Assembly: GCA_963737065.1 (NCBI GenBank)
Contig: CAVTRC010000001.1
Location: 256,001-320,000, forward strand
DNA: 64,000 nt
Source of the DNA: Candidatus Eremiobacteria bacterium
GTDB lineage: Bacteria > Vulcanimicrobiota > Vulcanimicrobiia > Vulcanimicrobiales > Vulcanimicrobiaceae
Reading direction: 5' to 3'
Shown: in pieces, positions 1 to 9,323 of the stretch
Position numbering within the stretch: position 1 is the stretch's first letter
Layout: each line of letters opens with the position of its first letter
Made by a program: the position numbers and the translations under genes
Notes under the pieces: model-generated
What the model saw: the letters and a program-made list of their open reading frames with translations, nothing else
Database searches by the model: none
What the model was told of the DNA's origin: nothing

Positions 1-617
1 ATCCGACGGCGATGAACATCGTCAAGCAATATCCGATGCAGATGCCGGACCTTGGTCTTTCGCAAAGCGACGTCACCGCCGTGCTTGCATATATCGCGCA
101 GCAATCAGGCGGCGGCGCGTCGTCAGCGGCCGCCGCTCCCGCGGTCAAATTTCCCGCGGGCGATGCCGAAGCCGGGCGCGAGCTCTTCGTCGGCAACAAA
201 CGGCTTCAGAACGGCGGGCCGCCATGCATGTCGTGCCACAGTATTTCCGGCATCGGCGCGCTCGGCGGGGGAACGCTCGGACCCGACCTCACCAACGTGT
301 TTACGACGCTTGGCGGTGAAGCGGGGACGGAGTCGTTTCTGAGCAGCGTGCCGACGCCGACGATGAGCGCCGTTTGGTCGAAGCACCCGCTGACGCCGCA
401 AGAGATCGCGAACCTCGTGGCTTTCATTAAAGAAGGCGAAGTTGCGCAGCGCTCTCCCGGAATTTTGGCGCAGCTGATCGTGCTTGCGATCATTGCTGCA
501 CTGATATTGGTCATCATTTTTGCAACGTATTGGCGGCGGCGGCTGCGCGGGGTTCGCATCCCGCTCGTCGCGCGCGCGAATGCGACGTTCCTCAGTAAAG
601 AACCTCGGAGGCTGTAA
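1..617 (+). CDS. Membrane-anchored c-type cytochrome (NarC-like), probably 5'-truncated by the window edge
   Basis: CxxCH (CMSCH) followed by GPDLT; C-terminal TM helix and WRRRLR; N-terminal MQMPDLGLSQSDV looks like the end of an earlier cytochrome c domain; frame is open to the window edge. Confidence 0.85.
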   Translation, partial: PTAMNIVKQYPMQMPDLGLSQSDVTAVLAYIAQQSGGGASSAAAAPAVKFPAGDAEAGRELFVGNKRLQNGGPPCMSCHSISGIGALGGGTLGPDLTNVFTTLGGEAGTESFLSSVPTPTMSAVWSKHPLTPQEIANLVAFIKEGEVAQRSPGILAQLIVLAIIAALILVIIFATYWRRRLRGVRIPLVARANATFLSKEPRRL

Positions 618-620
618 CCG

Positions 621-3600
621 ATGGGTTGGATTCAGGACTTAGTCGACCCGAAGTCTCGCCGCTGGGAAGAGTTTTACCGTAATCGCTGGATGCACGATCA
701 GATCGTGCGCAGCACGCACGGCGTAAATTGTACCGGTGGATGCTCGTGGGCCGTCTACGTGAAGGACGGCATCATCACGTGGGAGATGCAGCAGACGGAT
801 TATCCGCTGCTCGAAAAGGGGCTCCCACCGTACGAACCGCGCGGCTGCCAGCGCGGCATATCGGCTTCGTGGTACGTTTACAGCCCAATTCGCGTCAAGT
901 ATCCGTACATTCGCGGAGCGCTGCTGGATTTTTGGCGCAAAGCGAAGACGCAATACTCGAACCCCATCGAAGCCTGGGGATCGATCGTCGAAGACGACCA
1001 AAAGCGCAAACGGTATCAACGCGCACGCGGCAAAGGCGGCTACCGGCGGACGAACTGGGACGAGGTCCTCGAGCTGATCACCGCCTCATGTCTCTACACG
1101 GCGAAGAAATGGGGGCCGGACCGCATCTTCGGGTTCGCGCCGATTCCCGCGTTTTCGTTTGCGTCGTATGCCAGCGGTGCGCGCTTCCTGCAGCTCATCG
1201 GCGGCGTCAACATGAGCTTCTACGATTGGTACGCCGATCTCCCGAACGCGTTTCCGGAAGTCTGGGGCGACCAAACGGATGTCTGTGAAAGCGCCGACTG
1301 GTACAACTCGAGTTACATCGTCTCGATCGCGGCGAATTTAAACATGACGCGTACACCCGACGTGCACTTCATTTCCGAAGCGCGCACGAACGGGAGCAAA
1401 TTTGTCGTCATCTCGCCGGATTTCAATCAGGTCGCGAAGTACGCGGACAACTGGATTCCAATCAAAGCCGGCCAAGACACGGCGTTCTGGATGGCGGTCA
1501 ATCACGTCATCTTGAAAGAGTATCACCACGATCGCACGGTGCCGTACTTCGATCGCTACGTGAGGCAATACACTGATGCACCGTTCCTCGTCGAGGTGAC
1601 GGGAGACGCGACGTCGGGATACAAGGCCGGTCAGTTGCTGCGCGCGAATCGCGTCGCCCGCTACGCCGACGTAGAGAACGGCGAGTGGAAGATGCTGATG
1701 ATGGACGGGCAAACTAATGCGCCGAAAATGCCGATGGGCACGGTTGGCTTCCGCTGGCAGAAACAAAAAGGACAGTGGAACCTCAAACTCGAGGACGGCA
1801 TGGACGGCAGTCCGATCGATCCGGTCCTGACCTTCATCGATAAAAACGACGGCGTGGTCGACGTCGACTATTATGAGTTCGCATCGAAGACGATGAGCCG
1901 CCGCGGCGTTCCGGTCCGTTACATTGAAACAGCGAAGGGCCGCGTCCCCGTTGCGACGGTATTCGATCTTTACATGGCGCAGTATGGCGTGAACCGCGGG
2001 CTTTCGGGCGAGTACGCGGCAAGCTACGACGAGGTCGGACCGTACACGCCGGCGTGGCAAGAGCAATACACCGGAATCGGTCGCGAGACCGTGATTCGCT
2101 TCGCGCGCGAGTTCGCGACGAACGCTGAGCTCACGAACGGCCGCTCGATGTGCATCACCGGCGCGAGCCTCAATCACTGGTACAACAACGGCCTTGCCTA
2201 CCGGGGGCCGATCAATGCACTGCTCTTCACCGGGTGTTGCGGCGTGAACGGTGGCGGCATGAACCACTACGTCGGCCAAGAGAAGCTTGCGCCGGCCGCC
2301 CCGTGGGCCACGATTGCGTTTGCGCTCGACTGGCAGAAGCCGCCGAGGCGCGCGCAGTCGCCCGTCTGGCATTACGTGATGAGCGATCAGTGGCACTATG
2401 AGGGCGACTTCACCGAGTATGCGGCCGTTCCACCGGACGCGAAATACGCCAAAGGCCACTGCATGGACATCGAGCGCGATGCCGTTATGCGCGGATGGAT
2501 GCCGCACTATCCGCAACTCGAAGACAATCCGCTCGACACCGTACGCGAGGCGCAGGCGGCCGGCGCAACCGACGACGCCGCAATCATTCAGAACGTCGTC
2601 GATCGATTGAAGTCGGGCAAGCTGAAGTGGGCGATCGAAGATCCGGACGCGGAGCAAAATTGGCCGCGCGTTTGGTTCATATGGCGCGGCAACGCAATCA
2701 TGGCGAGCGCCAAAGGTCATGAGTTCTTTTTGCGTCACTACCTCGGCACGCACGATAATGCGATCGCCGAAGACCGCGCAAAAGGCCACGTGAAAAAGGT
2801 GACGTTCCGCGAGCCGGCGCCGCGGGGCAAGTTCGATTTAGTCGTCGACATCAACTTCCGGATGGATACGTCGGCGTTGTACTCGGATATCGTTCTGCCG
2901 ACGGCCATGTGGTACGAGAAGAACGATCTCAATACGACGGATCTTCACTCGTTCGTCCACGTGCTCGGCGCCGCCGTGCCGCCCGTTTGGGAATCGAAGA
3001 CCGATTGGGACATCTTCAAAGCGCTTGCGCGCAAGTTTAGCGAGCTCGCACCGCTTGCGTTCCCTGAACCGGTCAAGGACGTCGTGATGCAGCCGCTCAT
3101 GCACGACACGCCGGACGAGATCACACAGGCCGAAGTGCTCGATTGGACGGCCGGCGACTGCGAGCCGATCCCGGGCAAGACGATGCCGCATATGCGCGTC
3201 GTGACCCGCGACTACAGCCAGGTCTACAACAAATATATTACGCTCGGGCCGAATGTTCCAAAAGACGGGATGTCGTTCAACGGCGTACACGTACCGGCTG
3301 AGAAGTTCTACAATCAGCTTCTTCAGAATCCGGTTAGCCTTACGCCCGATTCGCGCCATATGCGTTGCGTTCAGTGGAACGGGCAAAAATATCCGAGCCT
3401 CGAGGACGCGCTCGACGTCTGCAATACGATCCTGCATCTTGCGCCGGAAACGAACGGCGACGTCTCATACGAGACGTTCGCTCACGAGGAAGAAGAAACG
3501 GGCGTCCCGCTCAAGGATCTCGCTGAAGGAGTCCGCGGGGTGCGCATGAACTTCGGCGATATCACGAGGCAGATCAAACGCTTGCTGATCAGTCCATGTT

Positions 3601-4268
3601 GGACCGGAATGATCAATGACGGTCGAGCGTATTCCGCGTGGTGCCTAAACGTCGAACGCTTGGTGCCATGGCGGACGGTTACCGGACGTTCGCAGCTCTA
3701 CATGGATCATCCGTGGTACATCGACTTCGGCGAGCACTTCGCAACGTACAAGCCGAAGCTCGATCCGCACAAGACCGGCGATATCGTGTTGAGTCCGGTT
3801 GATGACAAGTGCCTCATCCTGAACTACATCACCCCTCACGGAAAGTGGCACATCCATTCGACGTACTATGACAACCTCCGCATGCTGACGCTTTCGCGTG
3901 GGATGGAGCCGTGCTGGATCAACGACAAAGATGCCGCACGCATAGGAATCGTCGACAATCAATGGGTCGAGGTCTATAACGACAACGGCGTCATGGTGAC
4001 GCGCGCTGCGGTCAGCGCACGCGTGCAACCGGGAACGTGCATGATCTACCACGCACCCGACCGCACGATCTCCATGCCGAAATCACAGGTTCGCGGCGGA
4101 CGGCGCGCCGGCGGACACAACAGTCTCACGCGCACGCGGATGAATCCGCTTCAAATTGCCGGCGGGTACGGCCAATTCACGTATGGTTTCAATTACTGGG
4201 GGCCGATCGGGATTATGACCCGCGACACGTACGCCGTCGTGCGTGCGCTCAGTAAATTAGAATGGTAA
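621..4268 (+). CDS. narG: Nitrate reductase/nitrite oxidoreductase alpha subunit, NxrA-like (Nitrobacter/Nitrolancea-type clade)
   Basis: 1215 aa; FS0 motif HGVNCTGGC..C; Mo-ligand segment SFYDWYADLP; TPHGKWHIHSTY; no Tat signal. Confidence 0.97.
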   Translation: MGWIQDLVDPKSRRWEEFYRNRWMHDQIVRSTHGVNCTGGCSWAVYVKDGIITWEMQQTDYPLLEKGLPPYEPRGCQRGISASWYVYSPIRVKYPYIRGALLDFWRKAKTQYSNPIEAWGSIVEDDQKRKRYQRARGKGGYRRTNWDEVLELITASCLYTAKKWGPDRIFGFAPIPAFSFASYASGARFLQLIGGVNMSFYDWYADLPNAFPEVWGDQTDVCESADWYNSSYIVSIAANLNMTRTPDVHFISEARTNGSKFVVISPDFNQVAKYADNWIPIKAGQDTAFWMAVNHVILKEYHHDRTVPYFDRYVRQYTDAPFLVEVTGDATSGYKAGQLLRANRVARYADVENGEWKMLMMDGQTNAPKMPMGTVGFRWQKQKGQWNLKLEDGMDGSPIDPVLTFIDKNDGVVDVDYYEFASKTMSRRGVPVRYIETAKGRVPVATVFDLYMAQYGVNRGLSGEYAASYDEVGPYTPAWQEQYTGIGRETVIRFAREFATNAELTNGRSMCITGASLNHWYNNGLAYRGPINALLFTGCCGVNGGGMNHYVGQEKLAPAAPWATIAFALDWQKPPRRAQSPVWHYVMSDQWHYEGDFTEYAAVPPDAKYAKGHCMDIERDAVMRGWMPHYPQLEDNPLDTVREAQAAGATDDAAIIQNVVDRLKSGKLKWAIEDPDAEQNWPRVWFIWRGNAIMASAKGHEFFLRHYLGTHDNAIAEDRAKGHVKKVTFREPAPRGKFDLVVDINFRMDTSALYSDIVLPTAMWYEKNDLNTTDLHSFVHVLGAAVPPVWESKTDWDIFKALARKFSELAPLAFPEPVKDVVMQPLMHDTPDEITQAEVLDWTAGDCEPIPGKTMPHMRVVTRDYSQVYNKYITLGPNVPKDGMSFNGVHVPAEKFYNQLLQNPVSLTPDSRHMRCVQWNGQKYPSLEDALDVCNTILHLAPETNGDVSYETFAHEEEETGVPLKDLAEGVRGVRMNFGDITRQIKRLLISPCWTGMINDGRAYSAWCLNVERLVPWRTVTGRSQLYMDHPWYIDFGEHFATYKPKLDPHKTGDIVLSPVDDKCLILNYITPHGKWHIHSTYYDNLRMLTLSRGMEPCWINDKDAARIGIVDNQWVEVYNDNGVMVTRAAVSARVQPGTCMIYHAPDRTISMPKSQVRGGRRAGGHNSLTRTRMNPLQIAGGYGQFTYGFNYWGPIGIMTRDTYAVVRALSKLEW

Positions 4269-4297
4269 ACGGCGCTAAATTAGAATGGTAAACGGCG
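4253..4297 (+). repeat. 22-bp direct tandem repeat TAAATTAGAATGGTAAACGGCG (two copies, 1-bp spacer)
   Basis: Exact copies at 4253-4274 and 4276-4297, spanning the last codons and stop of the alpha subunit gene. Confidence 0.95.
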
Positions 4298-4326
4298 ATC
4301 GCAGGATCCACGGGAGTTCGTAAATT

Positions 4327-5832
4327 ATGGACATACGCGCACAAGTATCAATGGTTTTCCACCTCGACAAGTGTATCGGTTGCCACACGTGCAGCATCGC
4401 GTGCAAGAACATATGGACCGACCGTAAAGGCACCGAGTACATGTGGTGGAACAACGTCGAAACGAAGCCCGGTACGGGCTATCCCACCACATGGGAAGAT
4501 CAAAGCAAATATCGCGGCGGCTGGGTCAAAGACGGCGACCGTCTGCGGCTCAAATTGCAAGGCCGCGCCGAAGGATTGGGAAACATCTTCTTCAATCCGA
4601 ATCTGCCGACGATCGACGACTATTACGAGCCGTGGACGTATCAATACGACGAGCTCTTCAATGCGCCCGAAGGCGACGATCAGCCGACTGCCCGTCCCAT
4701 ATCGCTGATCACCGGCAAACCGATGGATATCGAGGCGGGGCCAAACTGGGACGATGATCTCGGCGGCTCGCCCGTCTATGCCAGCAACGACGTCAATCTC
4801 GACAAGCTGAGCGACAAGGAACGCGAGCAGCTCAACGAAGTCGAACGGCTCGTTTTCTTCTACCTTCCCCGCATCTGCAATCACTGCCTGAATCCGGCGT
4901 GCGTCGGCGCATGCCCGTCGGGAGCGATCTACAAGCGCGGCGAAGACGGCATCGTCCTGATCAGTCAGGAAAAATGCCGGGCGTGGCGCATGTGCATCTC
5001 CGGCTGTCCGTATAAGAAGACCTACTACAACTGGTCGACGGGAAAGTCCGAGAAGTGCATTCTGTGCTATCCGCGTCTCGAGACGGGACAAGCACCGGCA
5101 TGCTTCCATTCATGCGTCGGGCGCATCCGGTATCTCGGCTTGCTGCTTTACGATGCGGATCGCATTACCGAGGCTGCGCTCCACGACGACGCGGATCTCG
5201 TGTACGCGCAACGCGATATCATTCAGGATCCGTTCGATCCGGTCGTGATCGCCGCGGCGAAAGCAAACGGCGTCACGGATCTTCAGCTCGCTGCCGCGCA
5301 GAACTCCCCGGTCTACAAGTTCGTGAAGCGGTGGGGCCTCGCGCTGCCGCTGCATCCCGAATTCCGCACGATGCCGATGTTGTTCTACGTACCGCCGATG
5401 CTGCCGGTCCTCGGACGAATGAACGAAAGCGGCATCTACGATAACTCAGGCATCGAAGGCCTCGGACAAATGATCAGCTCGCTCGAACAAGCGCGCGTTC
5501 CGATCAAGTACATGGCCAGCCTATTCACCGCAGGAAACACGCAGATCGTGGAAGAGGTTTACCGCAAACAAATCGCCGTCCGCTTATACAAGCGCTCGCA
5601 GCGGGTGAAAGACATCAGCGCCGCTGAAGCGCAAGAAGCGATGCGTATCGGACGAACGACGCCGGAAGAGTGCGAGGCGATCTTCAATCTCACGTCGCTT
5701 CCCACGTTTGAAGAACGGTTCGTGATTCCCGCGATGGCTCGCGAAGAAGCGGTGGAACAGTTCCTCGATCCGTACACCCACAAACCGGCGGCCGGCTTCG
5801 GCTTCCGCGAGACGCCCGCACGCAGATGGTAG
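4327..5832 (+). CDS. narH: Nitrate reductase/nitrite oxidoreductase beta (Fe-S) subunit, NxrB-like
   Basis: CIGCHTCSIAC, CNHCLNPACVGAC, CRAWRMCISGC and CILC..CFHSC cluster motifs. Confidence 0.97.
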   Translation: MDIRAQVSMVFHLDKCIGCHTCSIACKNIWTDRKGTEYMWWNNVETKPGTGYPTTWEDQSKYRGGWVKDGDRLRLKLQGRAEGLGNIFFNPNLPTIDDYYEPWTYQYDELFNAPEGDDQPTARPISLITGKPMDIEAGPNWDDDLGGSPVYASNDVNLDKLSDKEREQLNEVERLVFFYLPRICNHCLNPACVGACPSGAIYKRGEDGIVLISQEKCRAWRMCISGCPYKKTYYNWSTGKSEKCILCYPRLETGQAPACFHSCVGRIRYLGLLLYDADRITEAALHDDADLVYAQRDIIQDPFDPVVIAAAKANGVTDLQLAAAQNSPVYKFVKRWGLALPLHPEFRTMPMLFYVPPMLPVLGRMNESGIYDNSGIEGLGQMISSLEQARVPIKYMASLFTAGNTQIVEEVYRKQIAVRLYKRSQRVKDISAAEAQEAMRIGRTTPEECEAIFNLTSLPTFEERFVIPAMAREEAVEQFLDPYTHKPAAGFGFRETPARRW

Positions 5833-5836
5833 GCGC

Positions 5837-6469
5837 ATGAGCATGACATCCCAAACGCGGATACTCGAGTTGTTCGCCGATCTTCTCGACTATCCGCGTC
5901 CGGATTTGGACATCCCGGCGGCAGCGCGTGAATGTCGCGCGCTCGTTGTTGAGGAAAGCCCCGACGCGGCCGCGATGTTGGACGAATTCATTGGGTTCGC
6001 AGAGCGGACGCCGCGAGACACGATTGAAGAAATCTTCTCTGCGACGTTCGACTTGAATGCATCGTGTCATCCGTACGTCGGATACCACATGTTCGGCGAA
6101 TCGTATCCACGCAGCTTGTTCATGTTGGAACTCAAGGAGCGCTTTCGGGGTCAGAATTTCGACCCCGGAATCGAACTGCCGGACCACATCGGAGTGCTGC
6201 TGCGATTCGCATCGGTATGCAACGACGATGCGTTGCGTGACGAAGTCATTCGGGACGCGGTACTTCCAACACTCGGGCCCATGACGCTTGCGCCGGAAAG
6301 CGCACCCGTACTCGACGAAGGCGAAGGTGCGGCGCCCGAAGTGTTCGACGTCGGAACCGATTACCGTCGCATCTTGCAGGCCCTGCAATTCGTATTACAA
6401 GCACGCTACGGTGCGCCGGCGAAGCTGAAGCCGGTGCCCGTTCCGGAGTCTGAGCGTCTGGTTTCCTAA
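5837..6469 (+). CDS. narJ: Molybdenum cofactor assembly chaperone
   Basis: LLDYP, TFDL, PYVGYHMFGESY, ELPDHI motifs; operon position. Confidence 0.92.
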   Translation: MSMTSQTRILELFADLLDYPRPDLDIPAAARECRALVVEESPDAAAMLDEFIGFAERTPRDTIEEIFSATFDLNASCHPYVGYHMFGESYPRSLFMLELKERFRGQNFDPGIELPDHIGVLLRFASVCNDDALRDEVIRDAVLPTLGPMTLAPESAPVLDEGEGAAPEVFDVGTDYRRILQALQFVLQARYGAPAKLKPVPVPESERLVS

Positions 6470-6496
6470 CGTTAGCAGAACGAGCGGAGGAACTTC

Positions 6497-7234
6497 ATGT
6501 CTGACACGTTTCTCTGGGACGTATGGCCCTACGTCGCCTTCGCAATCTTTATCTTCGGCGGGCTGTACCGCTACCTGAGAGATCGCTTCTCCTTCTCCAG
6601 CCAGTCGTCGCAATTCTTGGAGAATCGTTTCCTCTTTTGGGGATCGACGATGTGGCACTACGCGATCATTCTCATCTTGATTCCGCACACGCTCGGGTTT
6701 TTGTTCCCGCAAGCATGGGCGGCGCTCATCGAGAATCAGACGCGGCTTTACATCCTCGAGATCACCGGCCTCGCACTAGCCGTCATGGCGATCATCGGCC
6801 TCTTCACGTTGATCTTCCGGCGTTTATCGAGTCCGCGCATACAATTCGTCACCACGGGAATGGACTGGGTCCTGCTCGCATCCCTCGCGCTTCAAGTCGT
6901 CATGGGATTTTGGATCGCGTTCTTCTATCGCTGGGGCTCCGAGTGGTATCTGCATACATCCGTGCCGTGGCTGCGTTCGCTTGCCGCGTTCAACCCGCAA
7001 ATTCAATACGTTACCGCTATGCCGGTGCCGGTGAAGATTCACATGTTCAACGCGTTCGTGTTGCTTGCGCTCTTCCCGTTCACTCGCCTCGCGCACGTCG
7101 TAACGGCTCCGCTGTTCTATCTGATCAGACCGTATCAAGTCGTAATCTGGTATCGCCAGCGTAACCTTCCGTATGGTGCACCCGCCGGAAGCGAGCGCGT
7201 CGGCCCCGATGTACCGTATCTGCGACACGGCTGA
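6497..7234 (+). CDS. narI: Gamma subunit (membrane di-heme b cytochrome)
   Basis: SSQSSQFLE; four heme-ligand His residues (WHY, PHT, IHM, PFTRLAH); about 5 TM helices. Confidence 0.95.
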   Translation: MSDTFLWDVWPYVAFAIFIFGGLYRYLRDRFSFSSQSSQFLENRFLFWGSTMWHYAIILILIPHTLGFLFPQAWAALIENQTRLYILEITGLALAVMAIIGLFTLIFRRLSSPRIQFVTTGMDWVLLASLALQVVMGFWIAFFYRWGSEWYLHTSVPWLRSLAAFNPQIQYVTAMPVPVKIHMFNAFVLLALFPFTRLAHVVTAPLFYLIRPYQVVIWYRQRNLPYGAPAGSERVGPDVPYLRHG

Positions 7235-7256
7235 GGTTTAACGAGTCCGCCGAAGC

Positions 7257-7814
7257 ATGGCACGTGATGGCCGCGTCATGCCTGCGGCGGACGATCGATT
7301 GGAGCGGTTGTGTCAGATAAGCTCGACCGTCGCTGTTCCCGCGTTAATGGCCCTCTTGACGGCGACGCAGCACGAATTTCTTCAGCCTGCGACTGCGTTT
7401 TTGGTGCTGCCTCCGTTCGCCGTCGTCATTTATCTGCTTTTCCGAGACCCGTACGGCAAATGGGCGAATCTCCGATCGATCGTCGTTTTGCCGTGCCTGG
7501 GCGCAGTGATCGGTCAGTTGAGCTTCCACTTCTTCGGGCTCACGCCGCTCGGGATAGCGATCGATACACTTTGCGTAGTGGGTGCTCAAACGCTTTTGCG
7601 AGGACGCATGCCGCCGGCATTAGCGCTCTCGGTTCTTGCGATGCTGCTGCGCGTTCAGTCATTCACGTACACGCTCGGCGTAGCCGAAGCGTCGGTCTCG
7701 ATCGGAATCGTGTTCTTCGTGTGGCGGCGGATCTTGGTCGCGCCGCTTCTTCACACGTCCTCATATAGGATACATCCCCCTCAACGCGACGTCTTGCCGG
7801 AGGTTCGCCAATGA
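7257..7814 (+). CDS. HPP-family membrane protein (possible nitrite transporter)
   Basis: Hydrophobic; PPF..YLLFRDP segment and RMPPALA matching the HPP motif position. Confidence 0.65.
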   Translation: MARDGRVMPAADDRLERLCQISSTVAVPALMALLTATQHEFLQPATAFLVLPPFAVVIYLLFRDPYGKWANLRSIVVLPCLGAVIGQLSFHFFGLTPLGIAIDTLCVVGAQTLLRGRMPPALALSVLAMLLRVQSFTYTLGVAEASVSIGIVFFVWRRILVAPLLHTSSYRIHPPQRDVLPEVRQ

Positions 7815-8755
7815 GCTCGAGTACAGACACAAACGCGTCTCTGTTAGCGGCACCATCAATATCGGCGCTAGCGGATTCAGGAAAAGACGCAGGCACGTAT
7901 GACGGAATTGCTGCGTTAGATTTCGTTAAGCCGCCGCAGTTATTGCGAACGATCATCGAAACGGGCGCGTCGAAAGGGGATTTGCCGATCATCAAAATCC
8001 TCGTGCGCGGCATGTTCGGCGGTGCGTTTCTCGCGTACGGTACCGCGATGGCGTTTTTCGGGATTGCGCAGGGGCTGCCGCCGATTGTGGCCGACGCGCT
8101 CTTCCCGCTGGGATTCATCGTCATCAACCTCTTACAGGTCGATCTCGCGACCGGCTATTTCGCCTACGTGCCGGTCGCGTACATGAACGGACGCATTACG
8201 TTCGCAAAGATGGCGCGCGCAATCTTCTGGGTGTACGTCGCCAATCTGATCGGCAGTCTGATCGTGGTGGCCTTGCTGTGGCTCGCGCTCACGATGTCCG
8301 GACAGGCGCCCGATACAACCGGAATTTCAGCGGTTCTCGTCAAGGTGGGAACGTCAAAAACGCTGCACTACGCGCAGTTCGGCATGGCGGGCGTATTCAC
8401 GGCATTCATCAAAGGGATCTTATGCAACTGGTTCGTGACGCTCGGCGTTGTGCTTCCCTTCACGACGCGATCGGTGATCGGTAAAGCGATCGCGACGTTC
8501 GTCCCAATTTACATGTTCTTCGGCATGGGCTGGGAACACTTAGTCGTCAATATGTTCATCATTCCGTCGGCGATGGCATATGGCGCGCATATCACGCTCG
8601 CCGATTGGTGGATCGGAAATGAACTGCCGGTAACGATCGGCAACTTCGTCGGAGGCTTCCTTTTCACCGGAGCGGCGATCGGCTTCATCTACGGCGTACG
8701 TGATAAATCGGCAACGAGCAATCCGCGCGGTGTAACTCCTGCTGCCGTTCGATGA
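7811..8755 (+). CDS. Formate/nitrite transporter (FNT, NirC/FocA family)
   Basis: LFPLG, KGILCNWFV, GWEHLVVNMF, PVTIGNFVGG motifs; ATGA overlap with the HPP gene. Confidence 0.92.
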   Translation: MSSSTDTNASLLAAPSISALADSGKDAGTYDGIAALDFVKPPQLLRTIIETGASKGDLPIIKILVRGMFGGAFLAYGTAMAFFGIAQGLPPIVADALFPLGFIVINLLQVDLATGYFAYVPVAYMNGRITFAKMARAIFWVYVANLIGSLIVVALLWLALTMSGQAPDTTGISAVLVKVGTSKTLHYAQFGMAGVFTAFIKGILCNWFVTLGVVLPFTTRSVIGKAIATFVPIYMFFGMGWEHLVVNMFIIPSAMAYGAHITLADWWIGNELPVTIGNFVGGFLFTGAAIGFIYGVRDKSATSNPRGVTPAAVR

Positions 8756-9315
8756 GCGAGAGCGCCGGCGAAGGCGTTCGTGATCCATCGCTCGGTGACG
8801 AAGAAGCGTATCGGCTGTGCACGGAGTTGGTTTCGCTCGGCGAATTGAGGGCTGCAGTCGACTACATGCGACGCAAGGTGAACCGCGCGCGCAAGTCGAT
8901 GCCGGCAGATTCCCGGATGCATCTCCGCCTGCTCTCACAGTACGCCGCCATATTAGAGCTCACGGAAACGTACGGTGAGGCAGAGTTTCTTCGCGCGAAG
9001 GCCGTTGAAATCGTAGAAACCGGAACGGTCTCCGCCGAAGACGCGCTTGACGCGTATCTCACGTATGGGCTTCTTCTCACGCGGAACCGCAACTACAACG
9101 CCGCGCTGGCGCCGCTGAAGGAAGCCCTACGCCGAGCCGAAACGGTCGAAGCGATTGCACCCGTCGAGCAGCAAATTGCGCTCGCAAAGGCCTGGAGAGC
9201 GTTGCAACAGGCATACGAAGGGCTCGGCGAGCTCTCGCAAGCGTCGGACGCCTTGGACGCACTCGACAACATCAAACGGCTCATCCGTTATCTAGTCTTC
9301 TCAATGTCGAGGTAA
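8752..9315 (+). CDS. TPR-like helical protein
   Basis: TPR-like pattern (AYLTYGLLL..NYNAALAPLKEAL); ATGA overlap with the FNT gene. Confidence 0.6.
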   Translation: MSESAGEGVRDPSLGDEEAYRLCTELVSLGELRAAVDYMRRKVNRARKSMPADSRMHLRLLSQYAAILELTETYGEAEFLRAKAVEIVETGTVSAEDALDAYLTYGLLLTRNRNYNAALAPLKEALRRAETVEAIAPVEQQIALAKAWRALQQAYEGLGELSQASDALDALDNIKRLIRYLVFSMSR

Positions 9316-9323
9316 CACCCAGC

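Noticed and set aside
1338..2789. 483-aa antisense ORF within the alpha subunit gene, and many similar shadow ORFs across the window
   Set aside because: Expected from GC-rich codon bias; no motifs; each overlaps a well-supported gene
4253..4297. Repeat as a possible CRISPR remnant
   Set aside because: Only two copies, no spacer, no cas genes, and it derives from the coding end
621..7234. Treating the operon as proof of nitrite oxidation
   Set aside because: NXR and NAR are reversible homologues; direction and autotrophy cannot be established from this window
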